Part shown: piece after piece, positions 8,771 to 17,464 of the stretch
Numbering within the stretch: position 1 is the first letter of the stretch
How the letters are laid out: each line of letters opens with the position of its first letter
Program-made: the position numbers and the translations under genes
Notes under the pieces: generated by a model
What the model saw: the letters and a program-made list of their open reading frames with translations, nothing else
Database searches by the model: none
What the model was told of the DNA's origin: nothing
DNA from: Lysobacteraceae bacterium SCN 69-320
GTDB lineage: Bacteria > Pseudomonadota > Gammaproteobacteria > Xanthomonadales > Rhodanobacteraceae
DNA: 64,000 nucleotides
Assembly: GCA_001725155.1 (NCBI GenBank)
Contig: MEFP01000017.1
Coordinates: 2,338 to 66,337, forward strand
Direction of reading: 5' to 3'

Positions 8771-9640
8771 ATGCAAGCGATCCGCGCCGGCTTCGTCGGC
8801 CTCGGCGCCATGGGCTGGTCCATGGCTGCTCACCTCCACCGGCGCGGCCTGCTCGCCGCCGTCGCCAACCGCAGCCGCGACAAGGCCGAACGCTTCGCCG
8901 CGGAACACGCCGGCGTCGTCGCGGCCGATGTGGACACCATTGCGCAACACTGCAACGTCATCGCGCTGTGCGTCAGCGCCGATGCCGACGTGCTTGCGGT
9001 CAGCCGCGCGATCGCGGCGAACGCGGCGCCCGGCACCGTCGTCGTGGACCATTCGACCGTGTCGTCGACGACGGCGCACGAAGCCGCCGCGCTGCTGCGC
9101 GCGGCCGGTGGCGATTTCGTCGACGCGCCGGTGTCCGGCGGCGTCGAAGGTGCGCGCAACGGCAAGCTTTCCGTCATGGCCGGCGCCGAGCCGGCGGCCC
9201 TGGAGCGCGTGCGACCCGTGCTGGAGACCTACGCAGCGCGGGTCACCCACATGGGCCCGGTCGGCGCCGGCCAGAACACCAAGGCCGTGAACCAGGTGCT
9301 GATCGCCGGCATCGCCCAGGCGGTCACCGAGGGGCTCGCGCTCGGCGAGGCGCTGGGGCTGGACCCGGCCGCGCTGCTGCCGACCCTCGGCGCCGGCGCC
9401 GCCGGCAACTGGTTCCTGGAGAAGCGCGGCGCAACCATGCTGGCGAACCAGTTCACGGTCGGCTTCAAGCTGGGGCTGCTGCACAAGGATCTCGGCATCG
9501 TGCGCCAGCTCGCGCTGGCCGCGGGCACCGACCGCAGCGTCATCGACAAGTCGCTGGCCGACTACGCGAAGCTCATGGCCCTGGGCCATGCGGACGAAGA
9601 CATCTCCGCGCTGATCCGGCTGAAGCGGCCGCAAGGCTGA
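8771..9640 (+). CDS. NAD(P)-dependent beta-hydroxyacid dehydrogenase (3-hydroxyisobutyrate dehydrogenase/6PGDH-like family)
   Basis: GFVGLGAMG, DHSTV, DAPVSGG, catalytic Lys in GQNTKAVNQ, GFKLGLLHKDL. Start moved to ATG 8771. Confidence 0.88.
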   Translation: MQAIRAGFVGLGAMGWSMAAHLHRRGLLAAVANRSRDKAERFAAEHAGVVAADVDTIAQHCNVIALCVSADADVLAVSRAIAANAAPGTVVVDHSTVSSTTAHEAAALLRAAGGDFVDAPVSGGVEGARNGKLSVMAGAEPAALERVRPVLETYAARVTHMGPVGAGQNTKAVNQVLIAGIAQAVTEGLALGEALGLDPAALLPTLGAGAAGNWFLEKRGATMLANQFTVGFKLGLLHKDLGIVRQLALAAGTDRSVIDKSLADYAKLMALGHADEDISALIRLKRPQG

Positions 9641-9735
9641 GCCGGTGTGCGCGCCGTCACGCCGGCGCCATGTCGTGCTGGTTTCTGCACGGGTGGCGGC
9701 GTAAAACGGAACGCCTCTCGCGACGGAGCTTCACC

Positions 9736-11058
9736 ATGCGCCTCACTGCTGCACTCGCTGCGGCCGCCTTGCTGGCGGCCGCGGCCACGCCCAGCCCGGC
9801 GGCACCGCCGGCCGACCTGTCCCTGGTCCGCGTGCCGAACGCCTCGACCACGTTCTCCACCCCGGTAGCCCTGCGCGCGCCGAACGACGGCAGCGGCCGC
9901 CTGTTCGTCGTCGAAAAGGGCGGCTCCATCAAGATCATCAAGAACGGCGCGTTGCTGGCCACGCCGTTCCTGACGCGCACGGTCACCTCCTCCAGCGAAA
10001 GCGGACTGCTCGGCCTGGCCTTCCATCCGAACTTCGGCAAGGCCGGCCTGCCGCACAACAACGAGTTCTACGTCTTCTACACGCGGCCGTCCGCCGATCC
10101 CAGGCTCGGCACGACGCCGGACCAGGTCGTCGCACGCTATACGGTGCCGTCGCTGGATTCCGACGTGGCCGATACCAACGGCACCATCGTGCTGCGTATT
10201 CCGGATCTGGCCGGCAACCACAACGGCGGCGACATCCATTTCGGCCGCGACGGCTACCTGTACATCTCCTCGGGCGACAGCGGCGACCAGAACAACCCGC
10301 ACGGCTTCGCCGAATGCCTGTGGAAGAAGCCGGCCGACAGCAACCGCAACACCTGCGGCACGAATCCCAGCGGCATCCAGTACTACCTGCTCGGCAAGAT
10401 GCTGCGCATCGACGTGGACAATCGCGGCGGCACGGTCACGGCCGACATGTGCGGCTCCAACGGCATCGCGCCGGCCGAATACTCGATTCCGGCCGGCAAC
10501 CCGCATGTGGCCACGAGCAACACCTGCGACGAGATCTGGGCGCACGGCTTCCGCAATCCCTGGCGCTTCAGCTTCGACCGTGCCGACGGCCGCATGGTGA
10601 TCGGCGACGTCGGTCAGGGCAGCTACGAGGAAATCACGGTCAACCCCGACGCCACCGGCGGTCTCGACCACGGCTGGAGCCGCTGCGAAGGCCGTCATTA
10701 CTTCACGACCTCGGGCACCGGAACGACTTGCCCGTCGGTGACCTCGACCGTCGCACCGGTGCTGGAATACAGCCATTCGGCCGGCTGCGCCGTGACCGGC
10801 GGCTACGTCTACCGCGGACCGTATGCGCCGATGCGCGGCACGTATTTCTATGCCGACTCCTGCAGCAGCGATCTGTGGTGGTCCGAATCCAGCGGCGCCA
10901 CCTGGGATTCCGGCGGCATCAACCGACTGACCGGACTGGCCACGGGCTCGGTCTACGGCTTCGGCGAGGACGTCGACGGCAACATCTACATCACGCGCTC
11001 CAACGGCCAGATCCACCGCATCATGACCGACGGCATCTTCGCCGACGGATTCCAGTAA
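9736..11058 (+). CDS. Secreted PQQ-dependent sugar dehydrogenase (GSDH/sGDH family) with C-terminal DGIFADGFQ tag
   Basis: Signal peptide; RLFVVEKGG, ESGLLGLAFHP, NHNGG.IHFG.DGYLYIS.GD, GKMLRIDVD, EIWAHGFRNPWRFSFD, DVGQ..YEE, GGYVYRG. The real start is ATG 9736, not the 1297-aa track ORF. Confidence 0.88.
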   Translation: MRLTAALAAAALLAAAATPSPAAPPADLSLVRVPNASTTFSTPVALRAPNDGSGRLFVVEKGGSIKIIKNGALLATPFLTRTVTSSSESGLLGLAFHPNFGKAGLPHNNEFYVFYTRPSADPRLGTTPDQVVARYTVPSLDSDVADTNGTIVLRIPDLAGNHNGGDIHFGRDGYLYISSGDSGDQNNPHGFAECLWKKPADSNRNTCGTNPSGIQYYLLGKMLRIDVDNRGGTVTADMCGSNGIAPAEYSIPAGNPHVATSNTCDEIWAHGFRNPWRFSFDRADGRMVIGDVGQGSYEEITVNPDATGGLDHGWSRCEGRHYFTTSGTGTTCPSVTSTVAPVLEYSHSAGCAVTGGYVYRGPYAPMRGTYFYADSCSSDLWWSESSGATWDSGGINRLTGLATGSVYGFGEDVDGNIYITRSNGQIHRIMTDGIFADGFQ

Positions 11059-11078
11059 GCGACTGCCGTCGGCGGCTC

Positions 11079-11104
11079 ATGGGAGGGCGCATGCGCCCTC
11101 CCAT
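11079..11104. terminator. Perfect 26-bp palindrome between convergent genes; likely bidirectional terminator hairpin
   Basis: atgggagggcgcatgcgccctcccat is its own reverse complement; there is no strong U-tract. Confidence 0.55.
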
Positions 11105-11135
11105 TCTCATTTCGGCCAGATCTGTCCCGACCCGC

Positions 11136-11744
11136 TCAGCTGCCGTATTTGACCGAGCAGCCATAGGGCTGCGACACCGGCACGCTGACCGGCTTGCCGC
11201 CGGCCAGCTCGGCCAGCGCCTGCTTCACGTACTGCGTGGCCTTCGGAATGTCGGCCGTGTCGGCGCTCTGGATCGAGTCGATGCCGCCCATGTAGCGCAG
11301 CACGCCCTGGCCGTCGATGACGTACATGTGCGGTGTGGTCCGGGCGCCGTAGGCCTTGCCGACGGTGCCGTCGGGATCGAGCAGATACGCCGACTGCGCG
11401 CTGTGGTTGGTCTGCATCAGCGCGTTTGCGCCGGCGCCGTCGAGCTGGCCCTGCTTGCCGGGCGCACCGGAGTTGATCGACAGCCAGACCACGCCGGCCG
11501 CCGTGGCTTCCTTCTGCTGCGCCTGCATGTTGCCGCTGCCGTAGTGCTTCTTCACGAACGGGCATTCGGCATTGGTCCATTCGAGCACGACGGTCTTGCC
11601 CTTGAACTCCTCGAGGCTGCGCGTCTTGCCGTTGCTGTCGGCGAGGCTGAAAGCCGGCGCCGGTTGGCCGACCTCGACCTTGGCCAGTACCGGCAGGCCG
11701 GCGCAGGCCAGCGCGGCGGCGAGCATCGCGGGAATCAGTTTCAT
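11136..11744 (-). CDS. Exported thioredoxin-fold/peroxiredoxin-like redoxin (AhpC-TSA family)
   Basis: Signal peptide; GQPAPAFSL, WTNAECPFV, YGARTTPHMYVID, YMGGID, terminal YGCSVKY. Start ATG 11744 overlaps the dsbD stop. Confidence 0.85.
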   Translation of the reverse strand: MKLIPAMLAAALACAGLPVLAKVEVGQPAPAFSLADSNGKTRSLEEFKGKTVVLEWTNAECPFVKKHYGSGNMQAQQKEATAAGVVWLSINSGAPGKQGQLDGAGANALMQTNHSAQSAYLLDPDGTVGKAYGARTTPHMYVIDGQGVLRYMGGIDSIQSADTADIPKATQYVKQALAELAGGKPVSVPVSQPYGCSVKYGS

Positions 11745-13963
11745 GGTGGACTCCGGGTGACGGGTGGGGAGGAAGCGCCGGCCGCCGCGCGCGTCAGCGC
11801 CGCGTCGACCAGGCCGGGGGTGAGCAGCTGCGGCAACACCTCGGGCGTGCCGCCGCCGCGCGGATAGACCACGTAGAGCGGCACGCCGCTGCGCGCGAAT
11901 TCGGCCAGATAGCGCGTGATCGCGGCGTCCTGGCTGGTCCAGTCGCCCTTGAGGTAGTGGATGCCGCCGCCCCGCAGCCGCTCGGCGAACGCGTCGGACG
12001 ACAGCGCGACCTTTTCGTTGGCCAGGCAGCTGATGCACCAGGCCGCCGTCATGTTGACGAAGACCGGTTCGCCGTCGCGCCGCAATGCATCCAGGCGCTG
12101 CGGCGTCCAGGCCTGCCAGAGCTCGCCGGCGGCCTGCGCGTCGGCGGCGGCCGGTTTCGCGGCGAGCTGCGGCAGCACGATCAGCGGCGCCAACGCCAGC
12201 AGCAGCAGCGCCGCACCGGCGGGCCGGCGCCACGCCGCGGCGCCGGCCTGCCACTGGCCGCGGCCATGGAACAGCAGCGCGGCGATCAGCACGACCAGGC
12301 CGATCAGGACGAATGCCGTCGCATCCGCGCCGATCTGGCGCATGAGCACCCAGATCAGCCAGACCGCGGTCAGGTACAGCGGCCAGGCCATGAGCTGCTT
12401 GAACGCGTCCATCCAGGCGCCCGGCCGCGGCAGCCAGCGCGCAAGCACCGGCACGAAGCTCAGCACGACGATGGGCAAGGCCAGGCCCGCGCCGAGCGCC
12501 GCGAACACGAGCAGCGCCGCTGCGGCCGGCTGGGTCAGCGCGAAGCCGAGCGCGGTTCCCATGAACGGCGCCGAGCACGGACTGGCGACCACACAGGCCA
12601 GCAGTCCCGTGAAGAAGGCCGAGCGCGCGCCGCCGCCGTCGGTCAGCGACTGGCCGACGCCGCCGAGCCGCGCGCCGATGACGAAGGCGCCCGACAGGCT
12701 CAGTCCCATTGCGACCATCAGATAGGCGAGCACGGCGACCAGGGTCGGCGACTGCAGCTGGAAGCCCCAGCCGAGCTGGCTGCCGGCGCCGCGTAATGCG
12801 AGCAGCACCGCGGCGAGCGACAGAAAGCCCGTCACCGCGCCGGCCAGATAGGCCAAGCCTTCGCGGCGTGCCGCGGCCGGCGCATGCGCCGTCTCCGCCA
12901 ACGTCAGTGCCTTCAGCGACAGCACCGGAAACACGCAGGGCATGAGGTTCAGCACGAGGCCGCCGGCCAGGGCCAGCAGCACGGCGGCGAGCAGGCCGAC
13001 GGCGTCTTCGCCGGTCGAGGCTGGCGGTGCAGCTGCGGCACCGGCGGAGAGTGCGGTTGTGCGTGTCCCGGAATTGCCGGAACCGCTGCCCCCGTCACCC
13101 GGCTGGATGGATGTCCCCGGCGCGCCGGAAGCGCCGGGCCAGGCCACGCTCACCTGCCAGGCACGCACGTCGCCGGCCTTGCGCCGCACGAGCACGAGAT
13201 CGAACGGCGCGGTCGGCGGCGCGAAGTAATCGCTGCGCGCGGCCGTGACGCTCAGCGCGCCGTCGGCCGCGGCGATACGCACCGGTGTATTGGCGAGGAT
13301 CTGCGGCTGCACGGCGAAGGCATCGAGCGCGTCGGGTGCCGGCAGGCCGTCGCCGCGCAGGCGGATCCCGATCTGTTCGCCCGTAGCGACGACCTCGGTT
13401 GCCCACGACACGGGCTGCGGCCGCTGCGCGAGTGCGGCGTTCACGAGGACAGCCGCGGCGCTGTCGGCGGGCTCGCTGCCGGTTGCGACGACCGGCAGCT
13501 GCAGATCGAGACGCGCCTGCCCCGGAATGCACTCTTCGCGACAGACCAGCCAGTGCGCCTGCACGGTCACCGTCGCATTGCTGCCGGGTCTGGCATCGGC
13601 CGGCACATTGATCGCGACCGGCAGCAGCGCCTCGCCCGAGTAGCCGAAATTGAACAGTTCGCCGAGCTGCAGCCGCTCGGGCGCCGGCCAGGCGATGGGC
13701 CCGGCCTGCCAGCCCGGCGGCAGGGTCCATTCCAGTCGCGTGGCCAGGCCGCTGTCGCCGGCATTCGTCCAGTAGGTATGCCAATGCGTCTCGTGGTTCA
13801 GGCGCAGGCCCAGCCAGTTGTCGCGGCCGGCGACCAGCGCCTGCTTCTGTGCGACCAGTTCGACGGTCAGGTGTTCACTGCGCAGCGGCGTGGCCAGTGC
13901 CGGGCCGGCGGCCGTCGTGACGAGGCCGCAGAGGGTCAGCAGTACGCGCAGACAGGACCGCAT
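11741..13963 (-). CDS. dsbD: DsbD/ScsB-family thiol:disulfide interchange membrane protein
   Basis: N-domain VCREECIPG; TM domain LMPCVFPVL and ASPCSAPF; C-terminal thioredoxin AAWCISC. Start moved to ATG 13963. Confidence 0.85.
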   Translation of the reverse strand: MRSCLRVLLTLCGLVTTAAGPALATPLRSEHLTVELVAQKQALVAGRDNWLGLRLNHETHWHTYWTNAGDSGLATRLEWTLPPGWQAGPIAWPAPERLQLGELFNFGYSGEALLPVAINVPADARPGSNATVTVQAHWLVCREECIPGQARLDLQLPVVATGSEPADSAAAVLVNAALAQRPQPVSWATEVVATGEQIGIRLRGDGLPAPDALDAFAVQPQILANTPVRIAAADGALSVTAARSDYFAPPTAPFDLVLVRRKAGDVRAWQVSVAWPGASGAPGTSIQPGDGGSGSGNSGTRTTALSAGAAAAPPASTGEDAVGLLAAVLLALAGGLVLNLMPCVFPVLSLKALTLAETAHAPAAARREGLAYLAGAVTGFLSLAAVLLALRGAGSQLGWGFQLQSPTLVAVLAYLMVAMGLSLSGAFVIGARLGGVGQSLTDGGGARSAFFTGLLACVVASPCSAPFMGTALGFALTQPAAAALLVFAALGAGLALPIVVLSFVPVLARWLPRPGAWMDAFKQLMAWPLYLTAVWLIWVLMRQIGADATAFVLIGLVVLIAALLFHGRGQWQAGAAAWRRPAGAALLLLALAPLIVLPQLAAKPAAADAQAAGELWQAWTPQRLDALRRDGEPVFVNMTAAWCISCLANEKVALSSDAFAERLRGGGIHYLKGDWTSQDAAITRYLAEFARSGVPLYVVYPRGGGTPEVLPQLLTPGLVDAALTRAAAGASSPPVTRSPP

Positions 13964-14189
13964 GAAAACTCCGGGATGAGCGTCGCGTCCGGAACCTGTC
14001 CGGCGCACAGGGAATGGTGCGCACCTTAGCGCAGGCGTTGCCGGCGTCGGCGTATGGACTGCGCCCAGGCGACGCGTCGCCGCGCCGTGTCGTGCCGTCG
14101 CCATCGCTTCCCGGTCGGATCTGCAACATCTGACGAGCTTGTCGCGTGCGTTGCGTCCTCAGGCCTGACCAGAGCCAAGGAGGAATCGC

Positions 14190-15902
14190 ATGACCACCCT
14201 GTTGCGCGCACTGATCGCTTGCGTGGCCATCGGCCTGGCCCTGCCCGTTGCCGCCGCCGACCTGATCTTCCGCGACGGCTACGAATTTCCCGTGCGCCCG
14301 TCCAGCCGCGGCGAAGCCTCGCGCTTCCTGACCCAGGCCACATTCGGCCCGAGCGACGCCGACATCGACGCCTTGTCCGCAAGCAGCTACGCCGCCTGGA
14401 TAGCCGCACAGGTCGAGCTGCCGCCGAGCTATTTCCTGCCCTACATGCGCAGCCAGGCCGGCATCACCGATCCGCTGCAGCCGATTCCGTTCGCCGAGTT
14501 CCTGCAGGCCTGGTTCGTACGCGTGCTGTCCGCACCCGATCAGCTGCGCCAGCGCGTCGCGTTCGCGTTCAGCGAAATCCTCGTCGTGTCCGAGCGCGGC
14601 AACGGCCTGGGCAACGACGGCCTCGCGCTCGGCGCGTACTACGACATCCTGCTGCGCCATGCGCTCGGCAACTACCGCGACCTGCTCGAGGACGTGACCC
14701 TGAGCCCGGCCATGGGCCGCTATCTGAGCATGTACCGCAATCGCAAACCCGATGCGGCCAACAACATCCAGGCGGACGAGAACTACGCGCGCGAGGTCAT
14801 GCAGCTGTTCTCGATCGGCCTGGTCAAGCTCAACCGCGACGGCACGCCGGTGCTCGTGAACGGCCAGACCGTGCCGACCTACGACGGCGACGTGGTGCGC
14901 AATCTCGCGCGCGTGTTCACGGGCTGGGCCTGCCATTGCGGCGCCGGCCAGCAGTGCGTGCCCGATCCGTTCCCGGTCGAGCCGTTCACCTGCAGCACCG
15001 AGCACGAGATGGTGCCGTACGAGGCGTATCACGACCGCGACCCGAAGCGTCTGTTCGACGGCGTCGTGCTGCCGGCCGGCAGCGACGCACGGCCGGAGCT
15101 CGAACGCGCGCTCGACGCCCTGTTCCAGCATCCGAACGTCGCGCCGTTCGTCTCGCGCCAGCTGATCCAGCGACTCGTCACGAGCAACCCGTCGCCGGCT
15201 TACGTGGAGCGCGTCGCCGCGGTATTCGAGAACGACGGCCGCGGCGTACGCGGCAATCTGGCCGCGACGGTGTCGGCGATCCTGCGCGACCGCGAGGCGC
15301 GCGAGGGCCAGCGCAGTTCGATCAGCTTCGGCAAGGTGCGCGAGCCGCTGCTGCGACTGACCGCGCTGTGGCGCGCGTTCGACGTGGTCTGGGATCACGA
15401 CCCGCTGTTCCCCGACGACCGCGAGATCCACGAAAGCCACAACCAGTCGCCGCTGCTTTCGCCGTCGGTGTTCAACTTCTTCTCGCCGGGCTACAGCCCC
15501 GGCGGCGTACTGGCGGCTCCCGGGCTGGTCGCGCCGGAAATGCAGATCGTCACGGCGAACTTCGCGATACGCCTGGCCAACGACGTGTCCGGCCGCGTGT
15601 TCTGGAGCTATCGCGGCGGACCGATGGACGATCCGCAGTTCGTCGGCGTGCGCTTGGTCCAGCTCGCGCGCTGGGAGCAGTCGATACGGCCCGCGGCGGG
15701 CTCGTCCCAGGCGCCGGCCGGCGCGCTCGACCGCCTGCTCGATCGCAGTACCGAACTGCTGCTCGGCGGCCGGATCTCGCCGGCCCTGCGCAGCCGCATC
15801 CGCGCGCGCCTCGATGCCTTGCCGGCCGACGAGCCGCTGCGCCGCGTGCAGAACGCGATCTACCTGATCGCGACGTCCCCCGAATTCGCCGTGCAGCGCT
15901 AG
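14190..15902 (+). CDS. DUF1800 family protein, exported
   Basis: RFLTQATFG, DQLRQRVAFA.SEILVVS, VTLSPAMGRYL, DENYAREVMQLFSIGL, HPNVAPFVSRQLIQRLVTSNPSPAYV, GKVREP; SD aaggagg. Confidence 0.9.
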   Translation: MTTLLRALIACVAIGLALPVAAADLIFRDGYEFPVRPSSRGEASRFLTQATFGPSDADIDALSASSYAAWIAAQVELPPSYFLPYMRSQAGITDPLQPIPFAEFLQAWFVRVLSAPDQLRQRVAFAFSEILVVSERGNGLGNDGLALGAYYDILLRHALGNYRDLLEDVTLSPAMGRYLSMYRNRKPDAANNIQADENYAREVMQLFSIGLVKLNRDGTPVLVNGQTVPTYDGDVVRNLARVFTGWACHCGAGQQCVPDPFPVEPFTCSTEHEMVPYEAYHDRDPKRLFDGVVLPAGSDARPELERALDALFQHPNVAPFVSRQLIQRLVTSNPSPAYVERVAAVFENDGRGVRGNLAATVSAILRDREAREGQRSSISFGKVREPLLRLTALWRAFDVVWDHDPLFPDDREIHESHNQSPLLSPSVFNFFSPGYSPGGVLAAPGLVAPEMQIVTANFAIRLANDVSGRVFWSYRGGPMDDPQFVGVRLVQLARWEQSIRPAAGSSQAPAGALDRLLDRSTELLLGGRISPALRSRIRARLDALPADEPLRRVQNAIYLIATSPEFAVQR

Positions 15903-15912
15903 GAGCATCCCC

Positions 15913-17337
15913 ATGAGCAACGATTCCTTCGCCGCGTCGCGCCGCCGCTTCCTGCGCCGCAGCCTGGCCGCGATGGCCGGCGGCGCCGGCTTCTTCGCCG
16001 CGCCGCAAAGCCTGTCCCTGCTCAACGCGGCCTGGGCCGGCCAGGGCCAGTGCGGCGGCGACTACAAGGCGCTGGTCTGCGTGTTCCTGCTCGGCGGCAA
16101 CGACGGCCACAACCTCGTCGTGCCGCGCGGCGCGACCGAATACGCTCACTACGCCGACCGCCGCCGCGGCCTGGCCATTGCGCAGAACCAGTTGCTGCCG
16201 CTGCAGGCGCTGGACGCGCCGTTCGCGCTGGGCCTGCATCCGGCCATGCCGCAGACGGCGCAATTGTTCGAGAGTGGAAAGATGGCCATTCTCGGCAACG
16301 TCGGCGCTCTGCTCGAACCGGTCAGCAAGCAGGCCTACGACGCGCGCACGGCGCGCCTGCCGCCGCAACTGTTCTCGCACAACGACCAGCAGACCTTCTG
16401 GCAGTCGCTGCAGGTGCGTTCGGCCACCGACACGACGCCGGCCACCGGCTGGGGCGGCCGCCTGGCTGAGCTGGTCGCGGCCAGTCACAACAGCTGCGCC
16501 ACCCTGACCATGAACCTGTCGCTGGCCGGTGCGAATCCGTTCCAGGTCGGTCTGGCCGGCGAGGCGCTCAGCGTCGACACGGGCCAGATCCGCGCGATCG
16601 AAGCCGATCGCGAGCCCAGCGCGGTGGCCGAGCTCGAAGCGGTCTACGGCATCGCGCAGGACAATCTGCTCGTGGAGCAGTACCGCCGCGCCACGCGCCG
16701 CGCGATCGACGACTATGCCGTGCTGCGCACGGCGCTCGCCGGCGCGCCGAACCTCGACAGCGCGTTTCCGCCGCCGCCGGAACCCGGCGATCCGGCATCG
16801 GCACGCTTCGCGTTCGCGCTCGGCAGCCAGCTGCGCCGCGCCGCGCAGCTGATCGCCGTGCGCGCGGCACTGGGTCAGCGGCGGCAGATCTTCTTCTGCG
16901 CGCTCGGCGGCTTCGACACGCACGACGCGCAGAGCGCCGACCAGCCGCAGCTGCTGGCCGGACTGGATCAGGCCCTGGCCGCGTTCCAGCGCAGCGTGCA
17001 GGCCATGAACCTGCAGGACCAGGTCACCACCTTCACGGCCAGCGACTTCGGCCGCTCCATGACCAGCAACGGCGACGGTTCCGATCACGGCTGGGGCAAT
17101 CATCTGTTCGTGCTCGGCGGCGCGGTGAACGGCCGCCGCGTCTACGGCGCGATACCCGACATGGCCGCCGGCAGCGCGGATTTCGCCGGCGACGGCAATC
17201 TGATCCCGCGCATCGCCGTGGACCAGTACGGCGCGACCCTGGCGCGCTGGTTCGGCGTGACCGACGCGCAGGCGCTGAACACCTGCTTTCCGAATCTCGC
17301 GAATTTCGCGCAGCGCGATCTGGGTTTCCTGAGCTGA
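15913..17337 (+). CDS. DUF1501 family protein with Tat signal
   Basis: SRRRFLR; YKALVCVFL.GGNDG.N, QLFSHNDQQ, GGFDTH, ASDFGR, NGDGSDHGWG. Confidence 0.9.
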   Translation: MSNDSFAASRRRFLRRSLAAMAGGAGFFAAPQSLSLLNAAWAGQGQCGGDYKALVCVFLLGGNDGHNLVVPRGATEYAHYADRRRGLAIAQNQLLPLQALDAPFALGLHPAMPQTAQLFESGKMAILGNVGALLEPVSKQAYDARTARLPPQLFSHNDQQTFWQSLQVRSATDTTPATGWGGRLAELVAASHNSCATLTMNLSLAGANPFQVGLAGEALSVDTGQIRAIEADREPSAVAELEAVYGIAQDNLLVEQYRRATRRAIDDYAVLRTALAGAPNLDSAFPPPPEPGDPASARFAFALGSQLRRAAQLIAVRAALGQRRQIFFCALGGFDTHDAQSADQPQLLAGLDQALAAFQRSVQAMNLQDQVTTFTASDFGRSMTSNGDGSDHGWGNHLFVLGGAVNGRRVYGAIPDMAAGSADFAGDGNLIPRIAVDQYGATLARWFGVTDAQALNTCFPNLANFAQRDLGFLS

Positions 17338-17464
17338 GCCGCCTGGCGGGCGCGGCCGTATTGCCGGCATGCTGCCGCCGCGCGCGAAAAGCGCCGCGGC
17401 GACCGGCCGCGCACGCCGGCGCGCCTGCTAGACTGCGCGCCGCCGTAAATCCGCAGGAATCCCC

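Noticed and set aside
6812-9634. 940-aa minus-strand ORF
   Set aside because: Antisense shadow of oleC and the dehydrogenase, expected from high-GC codon bias; no motifs
7165-11058. 1297-aa ORF suggesting a giant fusion
   Set aside because: The first ~860 codons are an Arg/Ala-rich alternate frame over oleC and the dehydrogenase; the real gene starts at ATG 9736 with an SD and signal peptide
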